In this document: one piece after another, positions 19,271 to 28,656 of the stretch
How positions within the stretch are numbered: position 1 is the stretch's first letter
Layout: each line of letters opens with the position of its first letter
Virus record (IMG/VR): IMGVR_UViG_3300049893_001984
Location: 32,001 to 96,000 of that record
Strand: one strand, 5' to 3'
Source of the DNA: a virus
DNA: 64,000 nt
Notes under the pieces: generated by a model
Seen by the model: the letters and a program-made list of their open reading frames with translations, nothing else
The model's database searches: none
Told to the model about the DNA's origin: nothing
Program-made: the position numbers and the translations under genes

Positions 19271-20121
19271 GATCCGCCTCCGCCTGTAAGTTCCGGAACT
19301 GGCGCTTGATATCTCGGGAGCACTGCTCCACCCATCAATTCACTGGCTCTAGGTTCGTCCACAATAAGTTCAGCACGTGCAGAGATGATAGTCGTCTTGC
19401 AATGGTCAAGCAAGTGGTTGAGTTGTGTCATCATCTCGTCTTTTTGAGCTGGCGATTCATTCTTCTGCTCAATCTCCTTCAACTTCAGACAAGCATCCAG
19501 GAGCGCCCCTGAGTTGAAGTTGTTAGGTTGGACCTTATGAGCAGTTATCCACCCCAGCTTAAGCATCCTATCCTTAAAGTTATTCTGGAGGAAAGCGTAT
19601 GAATCTTCTGACATATTGCGGTTGTCAATAAACTCACAAAAAACCTTCCATCCTCCACAGTACGCCAACGTCTTATAGAGAAAGTCGTAATCTCTCTCAT
19701 GTATACCATTAGTAACAGCCGGTATCAGTATCTGGTTAAGTATGTAACCTCGTGATCCCAGCTTAGGTCTTACGTCGTAGAAGTACTTCTCGTACGTTCG
19801 TATAACCTCTACATGATGACCAACGTACTCAGAAAGCTCCTCATGGGATACATCTGTGAGCAAACCAGCTTCAATAATCCACCGCTCACTTTGAGGGTTC
19901 GCATAGAGTATATAGGCGCTGGTTAGATGCGGGTAATCCTGCTTGAGGTACGGAAGATCAGCTTCTGTGGACTTTCTCCAGCGCTTGAAGAACCTCCATC
20001 CATCCCGCACATGGCTATCCCTAACAGCACGGCCAGGATCCCGTTTTTCTACTACAAGGGACCGGACTTGCGACCAACGCCAGTCCGGTCCGTTGTCTAG
20101 AAACCTAATTATTTCTTCCAT
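19267..20121 (-). CDS. Hypothetical protein (possible helix-turn-helix)
   Basis: 284 aa, globular composition; ATGA overlap with the next gene; VSHEELSEYVGHHVEVIRTY is HTH-like. Confidence 0.6.
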   Translation of the reverse strand: MEEIIRFLDNGPDWRWSQVRSLVVEKRDPGRAVRDSHVRDGWRFFKRWRKSTEADLPYLKQDYPHLTSAYILYANPQSERWIIEAGLLTDVSHEELSEYVGHHVEVIRTYEKYFYDVRPKLGSRGYILNQILIPAVTNGIHERDYDFLYKTLAYCGGWKVFCEFIDNRNMSEDSYAFLQNNFKDRMLKLGWITAHKVQPNNFNSGALLDACLKLKEIEQKNESPAQKDEMMTQLNHLLDHCKTTIISARAELIVDEPRASELMGGAVLPRYQAPVPELTGGGGS

Positions 20122-20126
20122 TTTCC

Positions 20127-22406
20127 TTATCCGTTAGCCAGGTCAACTTCGGAGTTGGCGTCGTTATCCGGCTCAATAGTCTTCTGCTTCAAGAACAACG
20201 ACAGCTCGCCCAGGTTCTTAAACACATTACGAAGGTTGTCCTCGAGCTCAACCATGTCCTGACGGCCATAGCGGTCTTTGAACTTATCGTTATGCCAATA
20301 GAACATAAACAGGATTCTACCAACCCGGTCAAGGCCCAACAGCAAATCACCGATGTAGCTGTCGATCGTGGAGTCGGTATCAACCGTCTTAACCAACCCA
20401 GAGATGACAGACGTATCGAGAATTTCCTTCTGGCCCATCTGGCTGGCCTGTTGTGCGTTGTTACGGGCATCTTCGTCAATATACATGCTCCGCGTATAGT
20501 TATCACGGTTTCCAGAGGAGTTGATAGTGCCAAGCCCCTGAAGCATGGTTTGCGGATAATGCGTTTTGACCTGAAGCCCAGGTTCGGACCCGTACAGCGG
20601 GTCAGGGAAACTTGCCTGATTAGGCACATCGCCGCTGGCTGTATAGGTGAATGCGTATTTCAAGAAATGAATGTCGCTCTTGCTTCGCCCGCCCTGCACC
20701 TGGCTAACAAGGTAATCAACGCTGTCCTCAGACAAACCCTTATTCTCAATAAGGTCCTGATACAGGGCTGATTTTGTCAGTCTGGCACTATGCTGCCCGT
20801 CCAGAACAACAGTATACCGTACCCCGTCGCTACGAACCTGCAGCTGATGGTAACCTTCCTTCAACTCAGCGGATTTGTAGATGTCAGCAACGATGTTAGA
20901 AGGATTGCAAAGGTTCAGTTTGGGCTGGAACCAGTTGTAACCCTTGCTCTTCTCGTTCTTAAGCTTGATGACCTTGACCTTCTTGCCAATATAGAAAGCG
21001 CTTCCAAGGTGTTCAATGGAATCGTTATCCTTGTCGGTCAGATGGATCGTGGTGTCGTGATTACCGCAACAGAATCTAGGGGTCGTGCCATAAATGCCCT
21101 GCCGCTCGTAGTTTACACGGGGGCTGAACACCTGCGTAGCGTCTGTATGGGTTCTGACAGTGAAGTCGGTCGTGCCTTCGCTGTCAGTCCACTTGGAGTC
21201 AATACACATAGGCATCGTGCCGGTACCGTCTTCCCGTACCAGAACAAAGAAGTCGCCCATGGAAAGGCTACTGGGGCCAGACAACCCTTCAAACTTCTTC
21301 TGCCAATCAGAGAAGTGCTGCTTGGAGGTCATGATGTCATGAGGCGCGAAGAGGCCGTAATCCTTCGTGTCCCAGTCTATCACAAGGGCCAGGTTTGAAC
21401 CTCTACCAGGCTCCAATGCATGCTTGGGCCCGATAATTACCAAGGCTTCAATAGTGTCGCTCTTGGAGTTGACGACGTCGTAAAACCCTGTCTGACCTGG
21501 GTTTGTGTGGGCAGCTGCAATCTGTGTCTTGTACAGTCTGCTCTTTTCGCCGTCTTTACGTTTATCTCTGACAACGAAGCCGCTACACAAGACCTTGGAC
21601 TTCTCGGCCTCTGTGAGCTCTTCTTCGCCGTTGCTGCCATTGAAGGATGTGATAACGCGCACCTTGGGGAAGGTGTGCTCACCTTTACGCATCTTCTTCT
21701 GCAGCTCTTCCTGATCCACAAGGTCCTGAGCGAGCTTAGTGCTGAGCAGTTCGTCAGGGTCGTAGAACTTCAAAATAGCATCAGCAAAGTCATGATCCTT
21801 GCGCATAGTCTGCACAAGATTAATAGCTGCCTTCTTGCCCAGGATCTTAAGGGCGGCAGGGATTGTGAACTTCTCTTCAAGAGAAGCAAACTTCTCAGAT
21901 CGCGGGCTAGTCAGGAAAGCGGAGTCCATAAAATCCTGCATGTCAGGATCCATGCGCGCTCGTATTTCCTTGAAGCTCGGGCGCTTAGCTGAGGCGTACT
22001 TTGACCCGATATAAGGCGTGCGTGCCAGGATATCAAAGTCAGGCTGCCTCAGGCCCAGGCGATGCCTAGGCGTTTTCTCTGTAGACCCGAGGATCTGGGG
22101 TCTACGGTTAAGAATATAGTTAACCCATTCCTCCGTAAGCGGAACGAAGGCGTCCTGACTCTTGATAAACAAGAGTTCATGACCTTTGAGTTCTCCATTG
22201 ATGAAGAACACAGGGGCATACACTAGCTCCGAGCCTACTTTAAAGCCGTAAACACCTACGGCATGGGTTTCCTCGTCATTCTTGTCAATCAACTGGAAAC
22301 CCAAAATGTAGTCGAGAAGGGTCGGAGCCTTGTCACGCATGCGGGCGTAGGCAAGGTCCGAAAATGTCTTCTCATAATTACTTTCTGTAGATTTAGGACC
22401 CGGCAT
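20127..22406 (-). CDS. Large putative virion core protein
   Basis: 759 aa; KYAS, KFAS, KLAQ, KSAE, KSAL and KYAF motifs separating globular segments. Confidence 0.65.
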   Translation of the reverse strand: MPGPKSTESNYEKTFSDLAYARMRDKAPTLLDYILGFQLIDKNDEETHAVGVYGFKVGSELVYAPVFFINGELKGHELLFIKSQDAFVPLTEEWVNYILNRRPQILGSTEKTPRHRLGLRQPDFDILARTPYIGSKYASAKRPSFKEIRARMDPDMQDFMDSAFLTSPRSEKFASLEEKFTIPAALKILGKKAAINLVQTMRKDHDFADAILKFYDPDELLSTKLAQDLVDQEELQKKMRKGEHTFPKVRVITSFNGSNGEEELTEAEKSKVLCSGFVVRDKRKDGEKSRLYKTQIAAAHTNPGQTGFYDVVNSKSDTIEALVIIGPKHALEPGRGSNLALVIDWDTKDYGLFAPHDIMTSKQHFSDWQKKFEGLSGPSSLSMGDFFVLVREDGTGTMPMCIDSKWTDSEGTTDFTVRTHTDATQVFSPRVNYERQGIYGTTPRFCCGNHDTTIHLTDKDNDSIEHLGSAFYIGKKVKVIKLKNEKSKGYNWFQPKLNLCNPSNIVADIYKSAELKEGYHQLQVRSDGVRYTVVLDGQHSARLTKSALYQDLIENKGLSEDSVDYLVSQVQGGRSKSDIHFLKYAFTYTASGDVPNQASFPDPLYGSEPGLQVKTHYPQTMLQGLGTINSSGNRDNYTRSMYIDEDARNNAQQASQMGQKEILDTSVISGLVKTVDTDSTIDSYIGDLLLGLDRVGRILFMFYWHNDKFKDRYGRQDMVELEDNLRNVFKNLGELSLFLKQKTIEPDNDANSEVDLANG

Positions 22407-22449
22407 TTTCTACCCCTTTCAGCTAGTGTGTTATTTGGTATCAAACCTA

Positions 22450-23163
22450 TTAACGGAACATGCCACCCATCGGCATACCGCCAAACCCACCGCTGTACAT
22501 ACCGCCGCCACCAGACCTGGCCAAGTTGCCCATCATTTCATTCATTTCAAGATTACGCTGCTGGTTCTTCAGCGCCATCTGATTGACCTGCTGCATGGTG
22601 CGCGGGTCCTGTCCACCCCACGAGGTGGTGCTACCCATACCAGCGCCGGGGGCTGTGTTCATCCACCGATTATACAGGTGACCGAGCCCAGCTGCTCCAA
22701 CCAAGCCACCAGCGCCAAGCCCGAGCATGAGGGGCCAACCGGCTTGTTTCTTGAAGAACTCTGCGCGAACACGCCCAACAGGCAGCTTGTTGTCATTAGC
22801 CACTTTAGCAAACAACTGATGCGGTATCTTGTTGACGTTACCGGCGTAACCATGGTGGGCAGCCAGAAGCTCGAGCTGGTGAACAGCCAAAGCAGTGTCA
22901 GACGCCATTTTTGGCATCTCCACTTCATTGTTAGGAACTCTACCCTTATCAGTTGCTGGTGCAGTTATGTTGGTGTCGTGCTTAGGAACGTCCATTTTAG
23001 ACGTGAGTGAACTGTTAGGCTTTGTAATCTTCGGAGCACTTTTAGCCCCTTCAGACTGCTTTGCCTCTGGCGCCGCACCTTCATTAGCCTTTTTCTGCAT
23101 CCAATAGGACAGGAGGCTCTTAAGTTGAATGTTTTCGGCTTGTTTTCTCATGCTCTTACTCAT
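22450..23163 (-). CDS. Putative internal head protein with Gly-rich hydrophobic helix
   Basis: 237 aa; KKQA followed by GWPLMLGLGAGGLVGAAGLGHLY; GGM-rich tail. Confidence 0.6.
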   Translation of the reverse strand: MSKSMRKQAENIQLKSLLSYWMQKKANEGAAPEAKQSEGAKSAPKITKPNSSLTSKMDVPKHDTNITAPATDKGRVPNNEVEMPKMASDTALAVHQLELLAAHHGYAGNVNKIPHQLFAKVANDNKLPVGRVRAEFFKKQAGWPLMLGLGAGGLVGAAGLGHLYNRWMNTAPGAGMGSTTSWGGQDPRTMQQVNQMALKNQQRNLEMNEMMGNLARSGGGGMYSGGFGGMPMGGMFR

Positions 23164-23187
23164 TTTAAAGTCTCCATTGACTAAGGG

Positions 23188-25032
23188 TTAGTAACCAACG
23201 CCATCAGGCGGTTTACCAAACTCGGTGCCTTGTGCCAGTGCTGGTATATACGAAGTTCCGTGCACATTGGAATCTCTGCCGCGATGGGTTGACTCAAGCA
23301 ACCCTTTCTTAGACTGCCATCCGCCCAACCTGACCATCCAATCATCAGCGTGCGACAGTGTTTCCATCGCGCGCTGCATTTCAGGTTGAAACGATGGCGG
23401 GTCCACGTGCGCCTTAACAGTTCCGAACTTATGCTCGTCTAAAGTCTTTATTACACTTGGTGTTATCTTTGTTCCTATAGAGTAATGTAACGCCGGTTGC
23501 TCTAGATACAAGCCTCTGGCTTGTTTAGGCTCCAGTGTTTTATGTCCAAAACGAGGTTTGTAGTCGCGGACAAGATTATCGTACTCAACGACGTCATCAG
23601 GAACTGTGTCATGTGGGCCGTCAATATCAGTAACCTGTACGTGATTTATAAGCCCCCTCGATAACAATTCCACGTTCCGTCTATGTGCAGCGAGTCCTGA
23701 CTCCTTTAGTGTTTTGTGCAGGTAATCAGTGAAGTAACGTCTCCCTTCACCAATCCCTTTGTGACGGACAATGTCTGCTGGGTTAGGTATGCCTGTAGAC
23801 ATAATGTCACCAGCTTCCACTTCATCACCTTTCTTTACGTGAATATTTTCATCCGCAGGTGCCCAGTGCTGTGTGTTACCCACATAAATGTAGTTACCGC
23901 CTTGGGGGGCTGGCTCAATCCTCTCTACCCTGCCTTCTACCTGTGAAATGGCGGCTGCCCCTGCAAACGTTTTAGGAACTTGGACTAACTGAGTAATAAG
24001 GTCTAAGCCTTGCTTCGTCTGCTTCTTTACACCAGATACAAGACCGCCTCCATGCTTTGTTCCAAGTTGGCCCTGTCCGATCGGTTCACTTATTGCCTGC
24101 GCGGCTGCGATTCCGGGGTTATCACCGATTGGTGAAAATCCGTTTCTTTCGTGAATGCCAACACACTTCTGGCAAACACCGTGAGAAGACTGACATGAGA
24201 TAGGTGAGCGTACAACTATTTTCTTGTCGCCAAGCGTCTGAAGGTGCTTCGGAGTCAATATAGTTCCAGCCGCAAGTCCACCTGCTGGAAAAGCTAGAAC
24301 AGCCCCCTCATTCTCGGGGTCGCTAGCACTAACTGGCATACCATTAACTGTTCCACAATCCTTCTCGGTAATCATGAGCCGGTGTGCGGCCAAGGCCATC
24401 TGTTTACCAAGGAACCCCGCTTTAGGGGTGGCAAACTTAGTGGCAACGCTGCCCTTTCTAGCGCCGTAAGAACCAGCCCAGTACTGAACAGGGTCAAGCC
24501 CCTCGGCATAGCTGGAAAGAATGGGGATGGGGATAGGCTGATCCTTATGGTCAGCCACCATCAAATCTCCAGCTGTCATAGACCGAAACTGTGCTTTATT
24601 ACCGCGTGACCCGGAGTGGACCTGGACTGCCAATGAGTTATTGTTCTTGAAGTGTTCTTCAAAGTTGGCCTTTTCTACAGGATCCACATACGGGACTACA
24701 GTAGACACAATTTCCTTATCTTTGGCAGTCTGGTCTATTGGTTTGGTTAAAATATTATTTATCTTACCCTGCAACTCATCGCGTAACTTCTTTACGCCCT
24801 CTGGCGGCTTAAGGTTAGAAAGGGAGAAAGAAGTCTCTCTCCCGTGCGTAGTTATGATCTTTGTGGCTATGTTATGCAGCTTCTGATTGATCTCTGAGTA
24901 TTTGTCTGGATAACGTTCGGCCACCTGGGTCATCAAATTCTTGAGACCCTTTTTATCAATAACGCGGCTGCTGTCCCGAAGGTCTTCGGGCAGTGCCTCG
25001 TTAAGCATAAGCTGGCCTACAGTCATTTCCAT
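23188..25032 (-). CDS. rpoC: DNA-directed RNA polymerase beta' C-terminal part (phage multisubunit RNAP)
   Basis: 614 aa; bridge helix GARKG...AGFLGKQM; DCGT; RSPISC...GVCQKCVG Zn site; trigger-loop GIAAAQAISEPIGQGQLGTKHGGG. Confidence 0.9.
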   Translation of the reverse strand: MEMTVGQLMLNEALPEDLRDSSRVIDKKGLKNLMTQVAERYPDKYSEINQKLHNIATKIITTHGRETSFSLSNLKPPEGVKKLRDELQGKINNILTKPIDQTAKDKEIVSTVVPYVDPVEKANFEEHFKNNNSLAVQVHSGSRGNKAQFRSMTAGDLMVADHKDQPIPIPILSSYAEGLDPVQYWAGSYGARKGSVATKFATPKAGFLGKQMALAAHRLMITEKDCGTVNGMPVSASDPENEGAVLAFPAGGLAAGTILTPKHLQTLGDKKIVVRSPISCQSSHGVCQKCVGIHERNGFSPIGDNPGIAAAQAISEPIGQGQLGTKHGGGLVSGVKKQTKQGLDLITQLVQVPKTFAGAAAISQVEGRVERIEPAPQGGNYIYVGNTQHWAPADENIHVKKGDEVEAGDIMSTGIPNPADIVRHKGIGEGRRYFTDYLHKTLKESGLAAHRRNVELLSRGLINHVQVTDIDGPHDTVPDDVVEYDNLVRDYKPRFGHKTLEPKQARGLYLEQPALHYSIGTKITPSVIKTLDEHKFGTVKAHVDPPSFQPEMQRAMETLSHADDWMVRLGGWQSKKGLLESTHRGRDSNVHGTSYIPALAQGTEFGKPPDGVGY

Positions 25033-26696
25033 TAATGCATCGCTCCCATGGATCCAGGTACGGTACCTAAGTGTTTAGCACCCGGAGCCGTCCTACCAAT
25101 TGTGGTAGTTTCCTTCGAAGTTCCACCAGGCCCGCTGCTCTCGGTTGTAGTTGATGTGCCAGTGACCGGCGTGTTTCGCATCCTCTGTTTATCTTTGTAA
25201 GCCCGCTCAGCCTCAGATCTAAGGCCTGGATTGCTTAACCTGCTGAGGTCAGGCTTTTGTGTTATGTTACTTCCTATAGGCTTGTTGTTTATCTCCGTCG
25301 TCGTTGTGGTCGACTTAGCCGCTGGCGCTTGTGTTTCCGGTGGAGATGACATAGGCGCCGTTGCTGCCGCTGGTTCTTGTGTGGCTGCGGGTGCCTGCAA
25401 AGGAGCGGAAGGGGCTGCTTGCGCTCCAGCCATACCGCCAGTCATACCAGTAGCAGTACTACCCGCCATACCTCCAGTCATGCTAGCAGCTGTACCACCA
25501 GCCATACCGCCAGTCATGCCAGTAGTCGTACTACCGGCTGCACTACCCGCCGTACTACCAGCCGTACCACCAGCTGTGCTTCCCCCAGGACCTTCCGGCT
25601 TAGGTACAGCCGCATCAGCAGGTTTACTAGCCGTCGCACCTGAATTCGTCGGTGCTCCTGCCATACCAGACATACCACCCATCGCAGCGCTCATGCCAAT
25701 ACTCTTACCCTTTGCCTGGTTATTAGCCAATGGGGGGGTTGGCACTACGCTTTCTCTAGGATGCCCTTCATGCTCTTTCTCTGAGATCCCAGGGCGGGTA
25801 TACCGTTCTTTCAGTGCAGTTTTCAACTCAGGGAACTTTGCGGCCAACCGCTCTTTCTCTTTCTGGCTAGCTCCACCGTACATACGAAGAACCTGTCCTG
25901 GGTCCATATTATTGGCCAAAGCAGTTTCAATCTTTTGATCTATGCCACTTCTGCGTGCGTCACGCATCTTCAGCATTTCATCTCTTCCGCCTTCGTTCCA
26001 TGAGCGATCTATCTTCTCGGCGGCAGTATGCGGATCTTTACCGAACAGACCCTGCCAGGCCATTGAACCTAAGCCTTTTACAGTTCCTGTAATGGGAGAC
26101 AACCAACCGCCACCCATCGTTGTGTCTTTGTATGTCTTCTGTCCAGCTTCGAACGCGTCTCTAAAATCCCCATCACCCCAAAGAAACCCAGCCAGCTTGC
26201 TCATTGCTTCTGCGTCTTCTTTGTCGAAACCATTTTCAGCGCAAAATCTGTCAATGCCAAACTGAAAAGCGGCCATCTTGTTGGCTAAAACTATTGGGTT
26301 TAAAGGAGCTGAAACAGCTCCAGTAACTGGATCTTGAACGATGACCGGCTGTCCACCGTTAAGATCCTGCATTTTTGCTTGCTCGTAAAGCATTTGTCGC
26401 TGACGTTCTTTAATAATCTCTTTTTGCATCTTATATGTATCTTCGTACATCTTAGCTGCTTGGTCGTGCATCTGCGCAACATTAGCTACCTGCTGCTGAG
26501 TCGTGTCCATGCCTACTGCTTTATTGGCCATAACCTGCATACCAGTTCCGAGGCCAGTTTGTACGGCCAAGGTGGGGCCTTGCTCTTTAGTGATGCTCCA
26601 AATAGCAGCGGGTGCCTTTCGCACGTTTTTAATAATATCACGTACGAAAGCTTCCTTGGTAAGGTTTAGCTTTGAGATCTCGTATGGGTTATGCAT
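25032..26696 (-). CDS. Putative internal head protein, low-complexity C-terminus
   Basis: 554 aa; TKEAF and NKMAAFQFG motifs; GMTGGMAG repeats. Confidence 0.6.
   Translation of the reverse strand: MHNPYEISKLNLTKEAFVRDIIKNVRKAPAAIWSITKEQGPTLAVQTGLGTGMQVMANKAVGMDTTQQQVANVAQMHDQAAKMYEDTYKMQKEIIKERQRQMLYEQAKMQDLNGGQPVIVQDPVTGAVSAPLNPIVLANKMAAFQFGIDRFCAENGFDKEDAEAMSKLAGFLWGDGDFRDAFEAGQKTYKDTTMGGGWLSPITGTVKGLGSMAWQGLFGKDPHTAAEKIDRSWNEGGRDEMLKMRDARRSGIDQKIETALANNMDPGQVLRMYGGASQKEKERLAAKFPELKTALKERYTRPGISEKEHEGHPRESVVPTPPLANNQAKGKSIGMSAAMGGMSGMAGAPTNSGATASKPADAAVPKPEGPGGSTAGGTAGSTAGSAAGSTTTGMTGGMAGGTAASMTGGMAGSTATGMTGGMAGAQAAPSAPLQAPAATQEPAAATAPMSSPPETQAPAAKSTTTTTEINNKPIGSNITQKPDLSRLSNPGLRSEAERAYKDKQRMRNTPVTGTSTTTESSGPGGTSKETTTIGRTAPGAKHLGTVPGSMGAMH
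25429..25536. repeat. 36-nt tandem repeat x3 encoding xxxxMTGGMAGx
   Basis: Core GCCATACC(G/T)CCAGTCAT at 25429, 25465 and 25501. Confidence 0.85.
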
Positions 26697-26896
26697 CTTG
26701 CATTCAATCCTATACCAAGGCCCTTTAATACATTAACGAAGTCGGGCTCCCCGGCACTACATGTATATATACTACCCTTATCTAGCTTCTGCACAACGAG
26801 TATCGGGTTATTGAAATCATCGTAAACTACAATGGAGCGTAAGTCATTCAAAATGACCGGCTCCGATAGGTCGGAGCCGGTTGTCCGTGTGTGCAC
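26666..26896 (-). CDS. Small hypothetical protein
   Basis: 76 aa; GTG start with SD GAGGTG; fills the intergenic gap. Confidence 0.55.
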   Translation of the reverse strand: MHTRTTGSDLSEPVILNDLRSIVVYDDFNNPILVVQKLDKGSIYTCSAGEPDFVNVLKGLGIGLNARCITHTRSQS

Positions 26897-26918
26897 GATT
26901 ACACCTCTCTAAACCGGG

Positions 26919-27806
26919 TTAACCGCGTATAGCTCTCAGTATGTTCTTGATAGTTTTACGCCGGTCCTGGTCATGCTCGTAGGAAGCTTGAACCTGCATT
27001 CCGCCAGGAGCAGGCTGGCCACCTGCACTAGGGTCTGCCGGAGGAGCAGCGCCCATTGACGGGTCTCCGCCAACCATAGGAGTAGGTCCAGCCATATCAG
27101 GGGAAACCCCTGCCCCAATTGGGGCTGGCGCACCGCCAGGTTGATCTTGTCCACCAGCCGAGTCCTGACTCCCACCACTAGACTGGGGGGCAGAACCGCC
27201 TCCAATAGGGAGACCAAGTGCGCCAGCAATCTGCAGCATAATCTCTTTCATGGAGCGCACTTCTTTTTCTACGGCTTCCATGCGTATGTCGTTCTTGGCG
27301 CCCTTACCAGCTCCTTTAGCTCCGCCAGAGTTGGGGTCGTTAGGTGCACCTCCGCCTCCACCCTGCTGTCCGCCCATTGCTTGAGCTGCTTGCATAATTA
27401 GCTGCTGAAGATCCTGAGGCTGAAGCATAATAGGGGCGCCCGGTCCGCCACCTATCGCTGCCGGGTCTCCACCTTGGCTGGGGTCGGCTGGGGCTCCGCC
27501 GCCTTGACTGGGGTCGGGGGGCATCCCACCTGCTGAGGGGTCTTGGGGCGGCGGACCTCCAGGACCAGGAGGCGGCCCACCACCCATAGGGCCAGGAGCA
27601 CCACCACCAGGAGGCATGCCAGCAGGAGGCGGTCCTCCGGCCCCCATTGGGACGAACGCCCTTTTCTGGAGAGTTTCAGCTGTCTTTGCCGCGTTTGTTG
27701 CTGTTGCTGCCACAGCTGCCGCTGCAGCCTGCTTTGTGTGCTGCTGTGCGTAAGCCATTCGTGCTGCGAGTCTGGCTTTTTGGAATACATCGAATTCGCC
27801 TTTCAT
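26919..27806 (-). CDS. Pro/Gly-rich putative internal head protein
   Basis: 295 aa; KQAA and KRAF motifs, then GP/DPSxGG low-complexity blocks and a central coiled coil. Confidence 0.6.
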   Translation of the reverse strand: MKGEFDVFQKARLAARMAYAQQHTKQAAAAAVAATATNAAKTAETLQKRAFVPMGAGGPPPAGMPPGGGAPGPMGGGPPPGPGGPPPQDPSAGGMPPDPSQGGGAPADPSQGGDPAAIGGGPGAPIMLQPQDLQQLIMQAAQAMGGQQGGGGGAPNDPNSGGAKGAGKGAKNDIRMEAVEKEVRSMKEIMLQIAGALGLPIGGGSAPQSSGGSQDSAGGQDQPGGAPAPIGAGVSPDMAGPTPMVGGDPSMGAAPPADPSAGGQPAPGGMQVQASYEHDQDRRKTIKNILRAIRG

Positions 27807-27809
27807 GTC

Positions 27810-28061
27810 TTACCTTTCAAAACGGTTTAAGTTTCTGGCAATCCCTGCTCTAACTGGCGCGCGGCGCGCACCAGGTTTCTCGTTTGCAACAAGCTGATCT
27901 ATCGTCTTCTGCTTATCTGCATCCCACACATCCTCTATTGGATTACCATTACTGTCTTTGGCCGTCTGGGTCAAGGTATGATCCATAGCGGCACGACGAG
28001 CCTTCCAAGCCTCAGCCTGTTTCTGTAGTGCCATGCTTATAAGGTATCGGCAGTGGTTCAT
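27810..28061 (-). CDS. Small protein with N-terminal tag variant MNHCRYLISMA
   Basis: 83 aa; tag followed by LQKQAE; ATGA overlap with the upstream gene. Confidence 0.6.
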   Translation of the reverse strand: MNHCRYLISMALQKQAEAWKARRAAMDHTLTQTAKDSNGNPIEDVWDADKQKTIDQLVANEKPGARRAPVRAGIARNLNRFER

Positions 28062-28654
28062 TCTTGTCTTCCGCTAGCGCGCAGGGATTCAGCTATGAGC
28101 TTAGCTCGCTCTTCCTTACCATATCGTTGGGCGAGGTAACCAAGGCCTCCGCCAGCAGCAGTGCCTATCAAGGCGCCAATGCCTGGACGGCTAGAGTGAA
28201 GTTCGCCTAAAACTGCACCCAAGCTGCCCCCTGTTCCAGCGCCAAGGGCTGGTATTAGCCAAGGATTACGTGAACTTTCAGCTGCTTCGCCTAAAGCCAT
28301 AATTTCCTCTGGCTTATACTTGTGTTTCTTGTCTATACGCCCTTTGAGATGGTCGTTATATAGCGTGTCTACGTTATGGTCTTGTAGTTTGTTTTCTAGA
28401 TAACCAATACCAGCGCCAATACCTCCACCTACAGCCGCTCCAAGCCATGGCTTAGGATTGTCAAAACCATGGCTGGCGATGGCGCCTAACCCAGCACCTG
28501 CAAGTGAATTACCTCCAATGGTTAAAGCACGGGATAGGGGAGGGTTCATTTTATTCCGCATATACTCAGCAGCAGCGCCTTCGTCCAAATACAGGTCTGG
28601 TTCGTGAACAAACCCACTAACTGCGGATTTAATTAGATAGGACAAGTGTTTCAT
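28058..28654 (-). CDS. Glycine-zipper protein with N-terminal tag MKHLSYLIKSA
   Basis: 198 aa; two paired GxxxG hydrophobic hairpins. Confidence 0.65.
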   Translation of the reverse strand: MKHLSYLIKSAVSGFVHEPDLYLDEGAAAEYMRNKMNPPLSRALTIGGNSLAGAGLGAIASHGFDNPKPWLGAAVGGGIGAGIGYLENKLQDHNVDTLYNDHLKGRIDKKHKYKPEEIMALGEAAESSRNPWLIPALGAGTGGSLGAVLGELHSSRPGIGALIGTAAGGGLGYLAQRYGKEERAKLIAESLRASGRQE

Positions 28655-28656
28655 TG

